From positions 1,116,001 through 1,180,000 of the forward strand of contig AP026125.1 in the NCBI GenBank assembly GCA_030295235.1: a stretch of 64,000 nucleotides of DNA, written 5' to 3'. A model generated the notes under the pieces. The model saw only the letters and a program-made list of their open reading frames with translations, was not told where the DNA came from and did not search any database. This document shows positions 49,812-61,039 of the stretch, in pieces; within the stretch, counting starts at the first letter, position 1; each line of letters starts with the position of its first letter. A program made the translations under genes and the position numbers. Source of the DNA: Fistulifera solaris (taxonomy: Eukaryota).

Positions 49812-49830
49812 ATTTACAAAAATAGTTTTA

Positions 49831-50866
49831 TTAGCCTTCAATACTTCCTACTCTCGTGTAAGTTGATGTCTCGTCTAATGTGAATGTGTAATCGAAAGTG
49901 TCATCAAACCAAAGTGCGTTGACGTAAATTGCAACGCTAGCACCCAGAACAGAGCCGGCCGTCACATCGGCTGGAAAGTGTTTGTTATCGTGCACTCGAC
50001 TCGCAGCCACAAACAACGCCAATGCAACGGGAAGTAATGATAAGATAGAAATAGCGCGATACAACAGCGGAGGTTTCGAGTACGCCGTTTGGCAGCGCGC
50101 AATTCGGCTTCCTTCTCCCGCAAAAATGACGGTCTGTTCCACTTTTCGAATACTTCGGAGACCGAACTGCTGATGGAGAAAGAGCGCCAGCAACGTCAAC
50201 CCACAGAACGACGTCGATGCGTGTCCCGAAGGAAACGATTTACGTGCATCTTCGGCATCGGCCCCCAGACAGTATTCGTAGTTCTCATCCGGTTCACAAA
50301 GTTGATAGAAACTGGGACGGAGATAACCACAAAAGACTTTCATCGACTCCGTCGCCAGATCATTCAAGGCATGCGCTACAGCATACGAGCACACTGTTCG
50401 GTGAATCCCATCCAATCTTCCGAATTTAGTGCATTTTGTCACGAGAAGTAATTGCAAGAGACCCGGAAAGATCAAACTTAAGAGGAAAAGCCACGTGTTT
50501 GATACAGTGTCACCGTCGAACTGTTCATTGATCGACAAATTGAGAACGTATTCGCCCGATTCCAGCAACTGATAAGGAATAGGCCGCTCATGCACCGGGA
50601 GAAAATGCAAGAGGAAAGAACCAAAGCCGAGTGTCAGAGAAATACACAACTCAATGACTTGATCCTTGGACAGTTGCTTCCTTGCAACGGCTCTATCTCG
50701 TCCGATTGTGCCTTCCATGATTGTGTCAACGCGATCAATACCCTTACTCTGTTGACTGGGGCTGGAATGCGATGACATGAAAGTCTTGTGCGCGTCGATG
50801 ATGATAAGCTGTTCGTCGTTCGAGTTGGAGGCCACTTTCTTCGCCGACGTGATGATGGAGATTCAT
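49831..50866 (-). CDS. PAP2 lipid phosphate phosphatase / phosphatidate phosphatase
   Basis: KVFCGYLRP, SFPSGH and SRVHDNKHFPADV catalytic motifs, with about six TM helices. The start is uncertain. Confidence 0.9.
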
Positions 50867-51664
50867 TGCATCTTCCGTTTCGTCCTTGGAATGAATCGTG
50901 TATGCCGCGGCATCCGTGTGCGTTGTATCGTATCAAAGGAGTGTAAAGTCTAAGTGTACAAACCATCGCTAAAACCAGTCGCTCCGGTTTTATTGTTGTG
51001 ACAACATTTTCGTCGTAATTATCGACGCATTCATCACAAATGATGCAAGAAGTAAATGCATGCTGCTCACTCACATTGCGTTATCAGTGTTAGAGAGTCG
51101 GAAAGGCGGAAATGAATGAGCATGCTTCCTAGGTCGGAGAAAGGTTTTCATGACTAAAATGCAGTCGTGAGTTCTGTAAACTGACACTTTGGGCTATAGT
51201 AAAAGGGAAGAGACCGGTCTGGTAACATTAACGTCGTAAAAGCAACCGGCGCATTCATTGCAAATGATGATAGAACAAATTACATGCTGCGCTAGGTTTT
51301 ATGCGCTACTACTGCAAAAAGAACTGCGGAATTTAGTGAGCACGCACTCATAATCTGGTTTGAGATTCTTTGGATTCATGACCGAAAAGTGCGGTCGTGG
51401 TAAGGTTGAGCTCACACTTTAGTCTATAGTAAGTTTTGATGTATAGACGGTCGGACAACATTTTCATCGCATAAACGTCGTACTGGTATAAATAAAGCAA
51501 CCGGAGAAAAAAAAGATGATGATGCGAATGAATGATGAATGGTAACAAGTGATTGTATTCTAAGTAGTTGTAATCCTTTCAGATGCAGCTTTTCTAAACG
51601 AGCTTGGCATAAAACACTTTATTTCCCGCTGGATAAAATAGCTTTACAGCTTGCTTTGATAAAA

Positions 51665-53149
51665 ATGAATGAAACGTTGACGACTCGTTTCTTTGGGTTT
51701 GATCCCCAAGATATTGCACGAATCTCTTGGTTCGATGAGTATTCGGAAGATGATTCTCGAACAGCCTTTGGCCTCGTATTGAATTATTCTTCCTGGAATC
51801 GAGAAGTCGTTCTTGCCTCCGACGAAATTCGAAATGACTACCTACAGAGAATAGGTGAACGTGTTTTGGATGGACTTTCCTGTCAAAAATTCGTCGTTTG
51901 CCGACAGATTGATGCATGCGACGACACGATGGATCAATTCATTTGCGACAACAATTACTTTGAAAGCGGAAGAAGCAAGCAACTAATACCACCCGAAAGC
52001 CTTCCTGTATTTTCTTTGGTCGTAGCGAAGAACGATACAATATTGACTACGAGCTACATCACGAATGTGTCGTCACGTTGTATTTTGAATTCACTTGCCA
52101 CTTTTTCGGATGCGACGAAAGACCTCGACCAGCAAGTGTTAGCTATCAATGACATTGGTAGCTCGATTGGTACCCAGGTGGATCAACTCGCACAAGAGTA
52201 TCATATTGAGGTCGATCTCTCGCAATCGTCAAAGACTCTCCGGATTTTTATAGCCGGTGATCGTTCGTCAGTGGGCAAGTCGAGTGTCTGCTTGGGCATT
52301 CTCGGCAATCTGCTGCAACAAGGGTACAAGCCGGAAGATCTGGCGTATATCAAGCCCGCGACACAAAGTGAATCGACGCAACTGGTTCAGCTTTATTGCG
52401 ACAAGCACGGCATTGCTTGCGTTCCCATCGGTCCCTTGGTGTACTATCGAGGATTCACTCGGGCGTTTTTGGCTGGTGAAACTCAATCAACAGAGGAACT
52501 TCTCGACATGTGTGGACGGGCCGTGGATCGGATTGCGGTCGGAAAGCGCGTAGTCTTGGTAGACGGTGTGGGCTTTCCCGCGGTTGGGTCTATTTGCGGA
52601 ACCGACAACGCATCCGTTCTGAAAGCATGCAGTTATCCGGTTCTCAATGAGAACAACGAAATCATTTCACGGAAGCCCATGGCAGTCGTACTGGTGGGTG
52701 GGGGTGGAGTGGGAGGCGCTGTGGATGCCTTTAATCTCAATGCTACTTACTTTTCTTCGGCAGGCGTCAAAGTGATAGGGGGTATTTTCAATAAGCTTGC
52801 CCTCGATGGCTTTTACTCGCTTGAAGACTGTAAGTCTCAAGTGACAAGATATTTTGACTCGAATGAGGAACAGTTACGTCAGGGAAGGCGGCCATTCGGT
52901 TTTGTTCCAGTCTTTCCACAGCTTACTCTTCCTGACGCCATCGAGCATGTCAATGAATACATTAAGCTTTTTGGAGCGCATGTTGATTTTCATTCACTTC
53001 TTCTTAGCGCGCGACAAGTCAGAGATGATTCCAGTGCATCCGATCTTCCCAAACTGCAAACAGTGACGATGCAGAGAGCAGCAAAGTCTCGAAGCCGTGC
53101 GGATATCGAGACGAGCGCTATTAATGCGGGTGCTGCGCCATCGGCGTGA
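51665..53149 (+). CDS. BioD/dethiobiotin-synthetase-like P-loop (AAA_26) domain protein with unknown N-terminal domain
   Basis: IFIAGDRSSVGKS, YIKP, VLVDGVG and GGIFNK. Confidence 0.75.
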   Translation: MNETLTTRFFGFDPQDIARISWFDEYSEDDSRTAFGLVLNYSSWNREVVLASDEIRNDYLQRIGERVLDGLSCQKFVVCRQIDACDDTMDQFICDNNYFESGRSKQLIPPESLPVFSLVVAKNDTILTTSYITNVSSRCILNSLATFSDATKDLDQQVLAINDIGSSIGTQVDQLAQEYHIEVDLSQSSKTLRIFIAGDRSSVGKSSVCLGILGNLLQQGYKPEDLAYIKPATQSESTQLVQLYCDKHGIACVPIGPLVYYRGFTRAFLAGETQSTEELLDMCGRAVDRIAVGKRVVLVDGVGFPAVGSICGTDNASVLKACSYPVLNENNEIISRKPMAVVLVGGGGVGGAVDAFNLNATYFSSAGVKVIGGIFNKLALDGFYSLEDCKSQVTRYFDSNEEQLRQGRRPFGFVPVFPQLTLPDAIEHVNEYIKLFGAHVDFHSLLLSARQVRDDSSASDLPKLQTVTMQRAAKSRSRADIETSAINAGAAPSA

Positions 53150-53411
53150 AGCTTAAAATAGGCCAACGTGTCAGAAGAAAGAGGTAACTTAAAAGTTCGC
53201 CCTTGAGGAGAATCTATCCTGGATGAATGATGCTCTGTTGTTGATATGAATTGAGACGCAGGGCTGAAAACTTTTCTCGACCTTTAGATCATTGTGTCAC
53301 GTGGCCTCCAAATACCGACTCCGTAGAATTAATATGAAATACCAACATGTAAAGTATACTGTAGACATATTTACATGATAAGCAATGGCAGCTATGGGTT
53401 TCATTTATCCC

Positions 53412-54900
53412 TTAAAATTGTATCGTTCGAAAATCAATCATTGTCTGATTCTGATCCCATGTAGGGCATGCGCACATGTGTCTATCGGACATTTCATTCA
53501 CATGAACAACAATATTTTCCAATGCAGCTGTGTATGAATAGTCGAAGAACGCAGGGACACGCAATGTAGCACGAGCCTGTACATCAAGAACAAGCTTGCC
53601 TCTGTAATAGTCGGAAGTCAACGACAAGGCTTCCCACTTTTCAGGAGATAGGTGCGTAATGATGAACATGTCAGTAATCGAATTTGCCTTGGCTGTAGTG
53701 GGCGGAATATCAAAAGTACCAACAAATACTCCATTGTGGGCAAAGAGCCTTTGCCCATGTCCAAAGCAACATCGAATCGATTCGGGTTAGCAACGGACAT
53801 AAGAATTTCAAAATCAGCCGACACCTTCAAAGAAGTGAGGCTATCCATCAAACTCTTCCACGCTACCGCATCGTTACAGACATTGTAGACAGGAACACGG
53901 GGATAGTACATGACGGTAGCAACAAGACCCAAGACGACTGTGAACAACGTCATAGCGTAGCAACCGACGCATACTCCATAAAGCCGATCAGCTGCCCGAG
54001 TCCTGCGGCGTCTACCGGACGCTCGAAGCGTCACATTATCTTCATCTTCTGATTCTGAGAATCCTTGAATCAATGTGGTGTACTCGATTCGCTCGTTTTC
54101 GTCCCCATCCGCGTTCACTTCCTCTCGCGGCGTTCCTTCCTCTCTGTCTGCTTCACCGCCGTTCTCCTCCGCGTACTGCGTAGCGTCAGCTTGTTCACGA
54201 GCTTGCACTCGTATCTCCTCATGTTCCCTCATAATCAGCGGCTGATCTAAAGCGGCGTCTTCGTCAAAATCTGTGTTCATCGAGTTCAGCAAATCATCAT
54301 ACGCTCCCTTGATGCCAAAGGCCAACCCCCAACAAGCCGTTGCACAACAAACGATGATACAACTGAGCACAACCATTGCTAGCAAAAACAAAATGTTCAA
54401 TTTCTCAAAGCCCCCTTCGTGCAACTTCTCTGGGACATCACGTTTGCAGCGGTCATTCGAATAACAATCGACACCCACAGCGCAGCCATACATACTCCCC
54501 ACAACATGGCAAGCATTATCGTGCGCACACCAATGACAGAAGCGAGACGAAAGGACACAATCACTGCAACTCGTTTGTGCGTAACAACCGTGATCGTCGG
54601 TGTCGTTGTTCTTTTTCGGCCGGGAGCAGCTGACACCGGAGAAACAACCGTGCACGCTGCCGCGGGCGTGACAGGCTTGATCGGCTTCGCACCAATGACA
54701 AAAGGCACTGCTGTAACATTCGTTGCATGTCGAGTAAGACGCACAGGAATCGCCGAAGTAGCCAGTGACGTTACTCGGTGAAAAGTCGAGCGAATCGTGT
54801 GCAACAGAAACGACCGCCTCGTCGAACGAGAGTGTGTTTTTCGTGAGCGAGGATTTGCCACGCAAGCGTGAGAGCAAATCCGCCTAATCGAAAAAAGCAT
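53412..54900 (-). CDS. Membrane protein with Cys-rich PSI repeats and C-terminal LEA_2-like domain
   Basis: Two CxxCxxxxxCHWC repeats, two TM helices, and SVANPNRFD; indel at 53742-53744. Confidence 0.7.
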
Positions 54901-55069
54901 TGTGAATTGCATCTCTTTTAATCAAAAGGATAAACAGCTACTGCAGTGTTGATGATGATTCTTTGTAGAAGAAACGCTTGAAGCGGGCTGTTGTCGACAC
55001 GAAAAAGAAAAAGCTGTCACACGCGCGACGAGCCGAAAAATATTCTCATCTTCGACCGCATGCGGTGTT

Positions 55070-55410
55070 TCCACGTTCCCAGAAAATGTGGGGGCGTGGC
55101 ATTTGACGTCTCCAGAAAATGCGGCCGCGTGATAGTGTCACGCGTCCAGAAAATGTGGGGGCGTGGCATTTGACGTCTCTAGAAAATGTGGGAACGTGAT
55201 GTTTTCACGTTTCCAGAAAATGTGGGGGCGTGGTAGTTTCACGTGTCCAGAAAATGAGGGAACGTGATGTTTTCACGTCTCCAGAAAATGTGGGCGAGTG
55301 GTGGGTACAGCATGGTATTTGACGTCTTGTCCAGATAATGTGGGCGCGTGGTAATTTCACGTTTCCAGAAAATGTGGGTGAGTGCTATTTTCACTTGTCC
55401 AGAAAATACA
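55070..55410. repeat. Minisatellite, ~32-33-bp unit (TCCAGAAAATGTGGG...), ~10 copies
   Basis: Repeated CCAGAAAATG(T/C)GG with alternating TTTGACGT / TTTCACG variants. Confidence 0.9.
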
Positions 55411-55616
55411 ATGATGTGTGATGTGATGTCCATCGAAAAAATTGGAGCATTCTATTTGCTATCGTTGTTGTTGGCCAAGCAAATAAGACCTTATACCTCT
55501 TGGCCGAAGGTGCAACACCTCTGCCTCTTCGCACATCTGTACAAAATTAGCCTTGACTTTTTAAGTCGAAACAACTTACAAAGATTCTAGCCCACCGCTG
55601 CGATTAATGCCGTCGC

Positions 55617-56570
55617 TTGATGGTTTGTTGTCTCATCCATCTCATGGTCTTCTTTTCTGTGTCATTACGTCACGTCGCTAAGCACTGTCAAACCCAGAAA
55701 ATTGCTGCAAGATTACTTTCCTCCTCCTCCGATATTGCACGTCTTGTCGAAGACCACGATATTTTGTTTTTGCGTCCCGTGGAAGAAGCGATTCAAATCG
55801 TACTCTCCAACTACAAATCAACCGCTCACATTCTAGACATCGAGCCCTCCGAAAGAGAATCCTTGGCAGTCGCTCGAAACCTCGATGACCGTCTTCGGTC
55901 TTTTCGACGTAACAATAACTGCCCCCGATGTTGGCTTCAACGAGCTCATTGCATATGCTTTCAATGTCCTCCGTTGACCCAAGAAACACCATTATTTCAT
56001 CGCATATTCTTACTCATGCATCACAAAGAAGTCTGTTTGACCGTCGACACTGCAAAACTCATATTTTTGGCATTTCCATCGACCAGCCGTATGGTAGTCG
56101 CGGGGATTGGTCCCGAGTATCAAACTTCCATGGAAGAGTTCCTTCACGCGACCAGGGAAGACCACTGTCTCGTGCTGTTTCCTGACGACGATGCCAAGAC
56201 GTATAAATCTATTGTCGCTGAGGAGCCATATTCAACAGACGAACGCCGAAAGAGCTTGATTGTGATTGATGGTACATGGGAACAAGCCAGAAAACTCTAT
56301 AAGCGATACATTGCCCCCCACGAGGGCCCTCGGCCGGTTCAACTTACCGAAGAAGCTTTGCAAACACTAACCACCGAAGAGGAAGGAGGACGTCAGCTGC
56401 GTCGACATCCGCAACTATTCCGAGAGATCAGTACGCTGGCCGCACTTCGACTATTTTTAAGAGATGTGGACCCTAATCATGAGGCCTGCACCAAGCTAAC
56501 ACACTATCAAAAACTCGCGGATGCTGCTGCGAGAAAGCAATTGGGGGAAATACGATACCGTCAATGTTGA
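55617..56570 (+). CDS. DTW-domain tRNA-uridine aminocarboxypropyltransferase (TapT/DTWD2-like)
   Basis: CPRCWLQRAHCIC, LMHHKE, IDGTWEQARKLY and ISTLAA. Confidence 0.85.
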   Translation: MMVCCLIHLMVFFSVSLRHVAKHCQTQKIAARLLSSSSDIARLVEDHDILFLRPVEEAIQIVLSNYKSTAHILDIEPSERESLAVARNLDDRLRSFRRNNNCPRCWLQRAHCICFQCPPLTQETPLFHRIFLLMHHKEVCLTVDTAKLIFLAFPSTSRMVVAGIGPEYQTSMEEFLHATREDHCLVLFPDDDAKTYKSIVAEEPYSTDERRKSLIVIDGTWEQARKLYKRYIAPHEGPRPVQLTEEALQTLTTEEEGGRQLRRHPQLFREISTLAALRLFLRDVDPNHEACTKLTHYQKLADAAARKQLGEIRYRQC

Positions 56571-56627
56571 CAATAGCGCACGAGCAGCGATTACGATATA
56601 TCTAAATTAGATAAGCTAGCTTATGCT

Positions 56628-58081
56628 CTAATCACTATCACTATCATTCATCATGGCTGCAAACAGACCTCCAGAGGTAGACGGCTTACTAGCAGGCTTT
56701 TTTAAGAGCAGGTTTGCCCCGTGAGGCCGGAGTGACCCATTTCGCTGTCGTGGGCAGTGACATGGAAGTCGGCTTGGAAGTGCTCGCCGGTTTGGTAGCT
56801 TTCTTCACGTTTTTCTTCTGATTGTTCCAGCTCGACAACGATTGTTGAACTCGGGCATGGAATATCTCGTCGCTTTCAAACCAACCACGACTTTGTTGCT
56901 GAAATCATATGAAATAATGTGACAGAGGATGTTCAATGTAATTTTTCCAACAGACTAAACAACTTACCTCCAGATCCGAAATCTGCTGCATTATATCGTC
57001 CTTCTTCGCAACAACTTGGTTCTCCTTTAGAGTCATTAGCCGGCCTTTAGCCTTTTCTTCTATTTCCTCAATAGGGAGCAATTCCTTTCGTAGCTTATGA
57101 ATTTCCGCTTCGTGCTTCAACGCATGTAATGGTTTTGGGTTGATGCCTTCTACCTTGGTCTTCCTCTCTTGCAAAGTGACGCGCTTCGCCTGCAGATTCT
57201 CAACGCGCTTCATTTTCCCTTCTTTTTTAGCCTGTTCTATTTCCGTATCAAGAGCTTTGATTTTGTCATTGACCTGCTCTAGAAGATTTTTTCTTTCTTC
57301 GGCAGTGACATTACCTCCTTCGACAAGTGCATGCATACGCTCTCTGACAAACGATAGTTTATCTTCTATCGAGGATAACGAAACGGAATCGTAAAATGCC
57401 TGTTCCGCATCCGTAAGTACTGTACCCGACATAAGCTTACTTTCTAGTCCCTGCAATCGTTCCTTGATAGAAGTCAATGCCGTGACACAACCTTTCGTTT
57501 GACTCCATGATGGGCATTTATTCGGTATATTGCGTTTGAAAACATCCAGAGTCGAATGAGCCAATTTGTAATCCGGACTATCTTCCGCCAGCAAGGGTTG
57601 TTTCGACCCAGCATTCAAAGTCAGCTGTTCCATTTCCGTTTCCCCGACGCCTCCCGTGACACGCGGGAAGACCACAACCGTCTTCAAGTTCTTGCCCGTA
57701 TCATGTTGCAGTTTAAAAGTCCCCCCACATTCCAAAACCGCAGAGGCGCCTCGATCTTCTTCATATCCCAGTTCACGTAAAGTACGCGTCATGGCTTGGG
57801 CAGCTCCTTCATCGTACTTTTGTCGTCCCAACTTGCCCGCGCCGGTAATAAACGTCAAACGAATCATTTCCGACAACGGCAAGGGCTCTTTGAAACCATC
57901 GTAAATCTGCTTTTCGATCGTCGATACTCCCTGTCCCGCCAAGTCGAACGTTTCACTATCTATGCGGAGATGAGACTCAGAAAAAACGAATCAAGTCGAC
58001 AAAGATAAGCGCAATAGCATAGGATGACTCACCCGTGGCGCCGCGGATCGCCGCCGCCAATCCACTCACAGAAGTTGCCAT
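56628..58081 (-). CDS. Conserved hypothetical coiled-coil protein, 3 exons
   Basis: ATG at 58081, introns at ~58032-57960 and ~56967-56901; FITGAGKLGRQKYD, FKLQHDTGKNLK and SRGWFE. Confidence 0.7.
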
Positions 58082-58167
58082 GGTTGTAGCTTTCTCTTTA
58101 ATAATTTAACAAGCTCTTTCTTGAATAAGTTTGCTCGTCAAGCTAAAAAGCACGGCCTTTTATCGCT

Positions 58168-58484
58168 CAAAGTCGACCATTTGCGGTCGAATGAGTTGTT
58201 GCAAAAGAATGGGCGAAAATCATGGGCAACCCCCTCGCAATAATTCACGGATTTCTACAGTAGCATCGTAATGTAGGCTTATATACAGTCTAGTTCGTTT
58301 AAGTAGTCTCGTGCTCGGAGCGGTACTTGTCTAATGCGACATGTCGGAGCGTGTATGGAAAATCTTGCAAAGGACGCACGGACAGACTGGACCCTCTTTC
58401 AGACTCGTGACCAAAGGGGAGACCGTGACTGGTAATTATTATACTACCTTCTCCATAGTCGACGTCAGCATGCAGAGCTTTTTG
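58168..58484 (-). ncRNA. Copy C (5' ~310 nt only) of the conserved structured element
   Basis: Shares GCTGACGTCGACTA, TTTGGTCACGAGTCT, GAGGGTCCAGTCTGTCC, GCTCCGACATGTCGCATT, AAGTACCGCTCCGAGCACG, TGCCCATGATT and the TCGACC/GGTCGA hairpin with copies A and B. Confidence 0.6.
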
Positions 58485-58673
58485 CACAGCAGAAGAAAAT
58501 AAATAATGACGACGGTGATGCGCGTTGTGAATGTGCTGCGGTGGTGGACTCCTCGATAATAAAGGAGACATTCTCAAGTATATGCGAGCAGCAATTAACA
58601 TCGATATCGTTCATTTAATGAAGAAATAGTTTTTCGTTGGGCGTTAACACGCTGTTGGTGTATCAGTCAAACG

Positions 58674-59935
58674 ATGACTGACAGAGAACGACAAGAAAAT
58701 GAACTCGAATTCGTCACAGCCGCTTACGAACCGACCGAAGCCTGGTGTTCGAAGGAGAGAGGTCTTTTACCATACATCGATCTTTGAGAGCCGGGCCGCT
58801 TGCGTGGCTTTTGCGCATATCGTTGCCGAAGCAGTATCCCGGTGGAGGACAGATATTGCAAATCGAAGTGAAAGTGAATGAAGAGAATACACGCGACCGC
58901 AAAGTCGCTTTTCAGCTACAACCAGCTTTACATAAAGTGTGTCAACAAGTCGCAGAATCATTGCGAGGCGAAGAAGCTCTCTATGCTGTTTTGAACGCTG
59001 CCGAAGAATGGATGCACGAGAATGAAGACAAGTGGATAAACGAAAGCGCGCAAAGAAAATTGAGTGAGGAGGATGAACATTTTACCCCGGACGCTCGAAA
59101 ATCTCACGTTTGTTTGGGTCGAAAGCTCATCTACTCGCATCACATTATTTCCAAGCGCAAGCGAGCGGATATTCTGGATTTAGCACGTCAGCTGAGTTTG
59201 ACAGGGTTCATGAAAATTGGATGGCCGGGTCTTATTATCGTAGAAGGAAGTGAAGAAGACTGTCAATTGTTTTACGATGGAATCAAAGGTTGGTCTTGGC
59301 AGTATCTAGTGGTACGAGGAGAAATGCAAGAGAAGTGCAAGGAACTAGAAAAGTCCCGCCTATTTCCAGTCTTCGCGGAAGTCGATAGTATGTCTGTTGT
59401 GACCAATCGTTGTCGCGAGGTTGGACTCGAAGCGCTTTTCCGAACAAGCATGAAAGTGTACGGCACCGATGACAAGGATGAAACCGACGCATTTATTTCA
59501 AGAAGTGACACTGAAGAAATGTATGGGGCTCTGGTTTTAGTAGATCACATGAACGATGGAAGTACTTACCGCAAGTGGCTGCGGAAAGTGTGTCACGAGA
59601 ATGACGTCCTCATTATGCTGCAACAGTTTTTTCCGAACGACGATCACCTCAAACGGCCCAAAATCGTTGTCGGGTTGGTAGGTGGAAATGTCAAGAACGT
59701 TTTGAAGCAATGGCGTACTCGAAAAGTGGACGTGGACTCGAAAGGGAAGCCTTGCTTGGAAAGAATGATGACAGTTCTAGTCGAAGGATTTCTAGAGCAC
59801 GTCCCACGAGCAGAAATCAATTGGGAAGAAGTCGGCCATGATGAACGATTCTTGAATACAACCACAGACAACGTCAAGGGGTTGGCAAGTACCATTGGAG
59901 GAAAGGAATGGAGAAAAGCTGTCGAGCAGCTTTGA
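58674..59935 (+). CDS. RWD-domain protein, RWDD2-like, with a second RWDD3-like C-terminal domain
   Basis: RQENELEFVTAAY and LPKQYP (RWD), YSHHI...TGFMKIGWPGLIIVEG, and VDVDSKGKPCLERMM; indel at ~58747. Confidence 0.8.
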
Positions 59936-61039
59936 CCCTTATAAGAACTCGTGTGTTTATGTACTTGTGATGACAAGACGCCCCCTCGTTTCCTTTAAAA
60001 ATCAACGAGCTTGCACCTCCCGCATCGTGCATTCACTCGCTCGAAATCCAAAATTTCTTTCAAACAAATCCTGCTTAAACAACGGTACTCACGCCGCGAA
60101 AACTTTCAGTGAAAGTTGTCTTGACTATTCTTGAAAAGTATGCACTCAATTCTGGTACCGTACTCAGTTTCGGCTTAACTCCGAAATGGAAAGCCATGAC
60201 ACGTGAAACGTGAAGATGGCAGATGGCATGCATTCTGCAGTCAGACTCGGAATGCGAGATGCGAGACAGAGAAATCTCTCCCTAAGAGTTGACTCCTGAA
60301 GCGGCATGCAATCTTTGTCCTTGTGTTCTGCGTCCTGCCTCCTGATCCTAAGACGATAGCTATGGTGCCAGAAGCTAACCCCAGCTCCAGCTCTCAAGTC
60401 TCAAGTCGCGAATTACTTGTAAGGAATTTATGAGTTTTCGTCTTTATCCGCTTTTTGGATGTCCATTGTACATTCTGCGTCGTAGCTACCTGCCGGTGTC
60501 TCTAAAGTCTGGAGTCTGGAGTCTGGAGTCCGGCATACGAAACACTTTTTTTGGCTGTTCTGTTGTTCACTATAGTATTCACTTTCACCCGCTCGCTGCT
60601 CACGACCTCACGACTCACGAGCCACCTGACACCGAACGCCAAACGTTGCTACACCTACGACGCAGAATGTACAATGGACATCCAAAAAGCGGATAAAGAC
60701 GAAAACTGTCATAAATTCCTTATTAAGCATGCCATCTGGAAAGGACGTTAATAAAATTCTGCCTATGGCTAAAAACTAAAGCGAAAGTGTCATACAGTAT
60801 ACATTACTTCTATAACTATTTTAATTTTAAAAATAAAGTGGAGCGGCCAATGGAGCCAAACGCCAAACCCCGGGTAGCGAGAAGCGAATACAAAGTAATT
60901 ATGCCTTGATCCTTGATGGATTATTCTGAGCAGCATTCATGTTGTCTAGACTGTTTAGATCGAGGACTCAACTCATTTTTTTCAGATCCTTTTGGGTGAC
61001 ACTCAGATAACCAACAACAAATCTTGTGTTTTCCCAGCC

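Noticed and set aside
55070..55410. CRISPR-like array
   Set aside because: The sequences between cores are themselves repeated rather than unique spacers. There are no cas genes and the context is eukaryotic.
6618..56570. Functional cluster of RNA-metabolism genes (NUFIP1, PAT1, SpoU, TRMT11, DTW)
   Set aside because: They are scattered among unrelated genes, as expected by chance in a compact genome.
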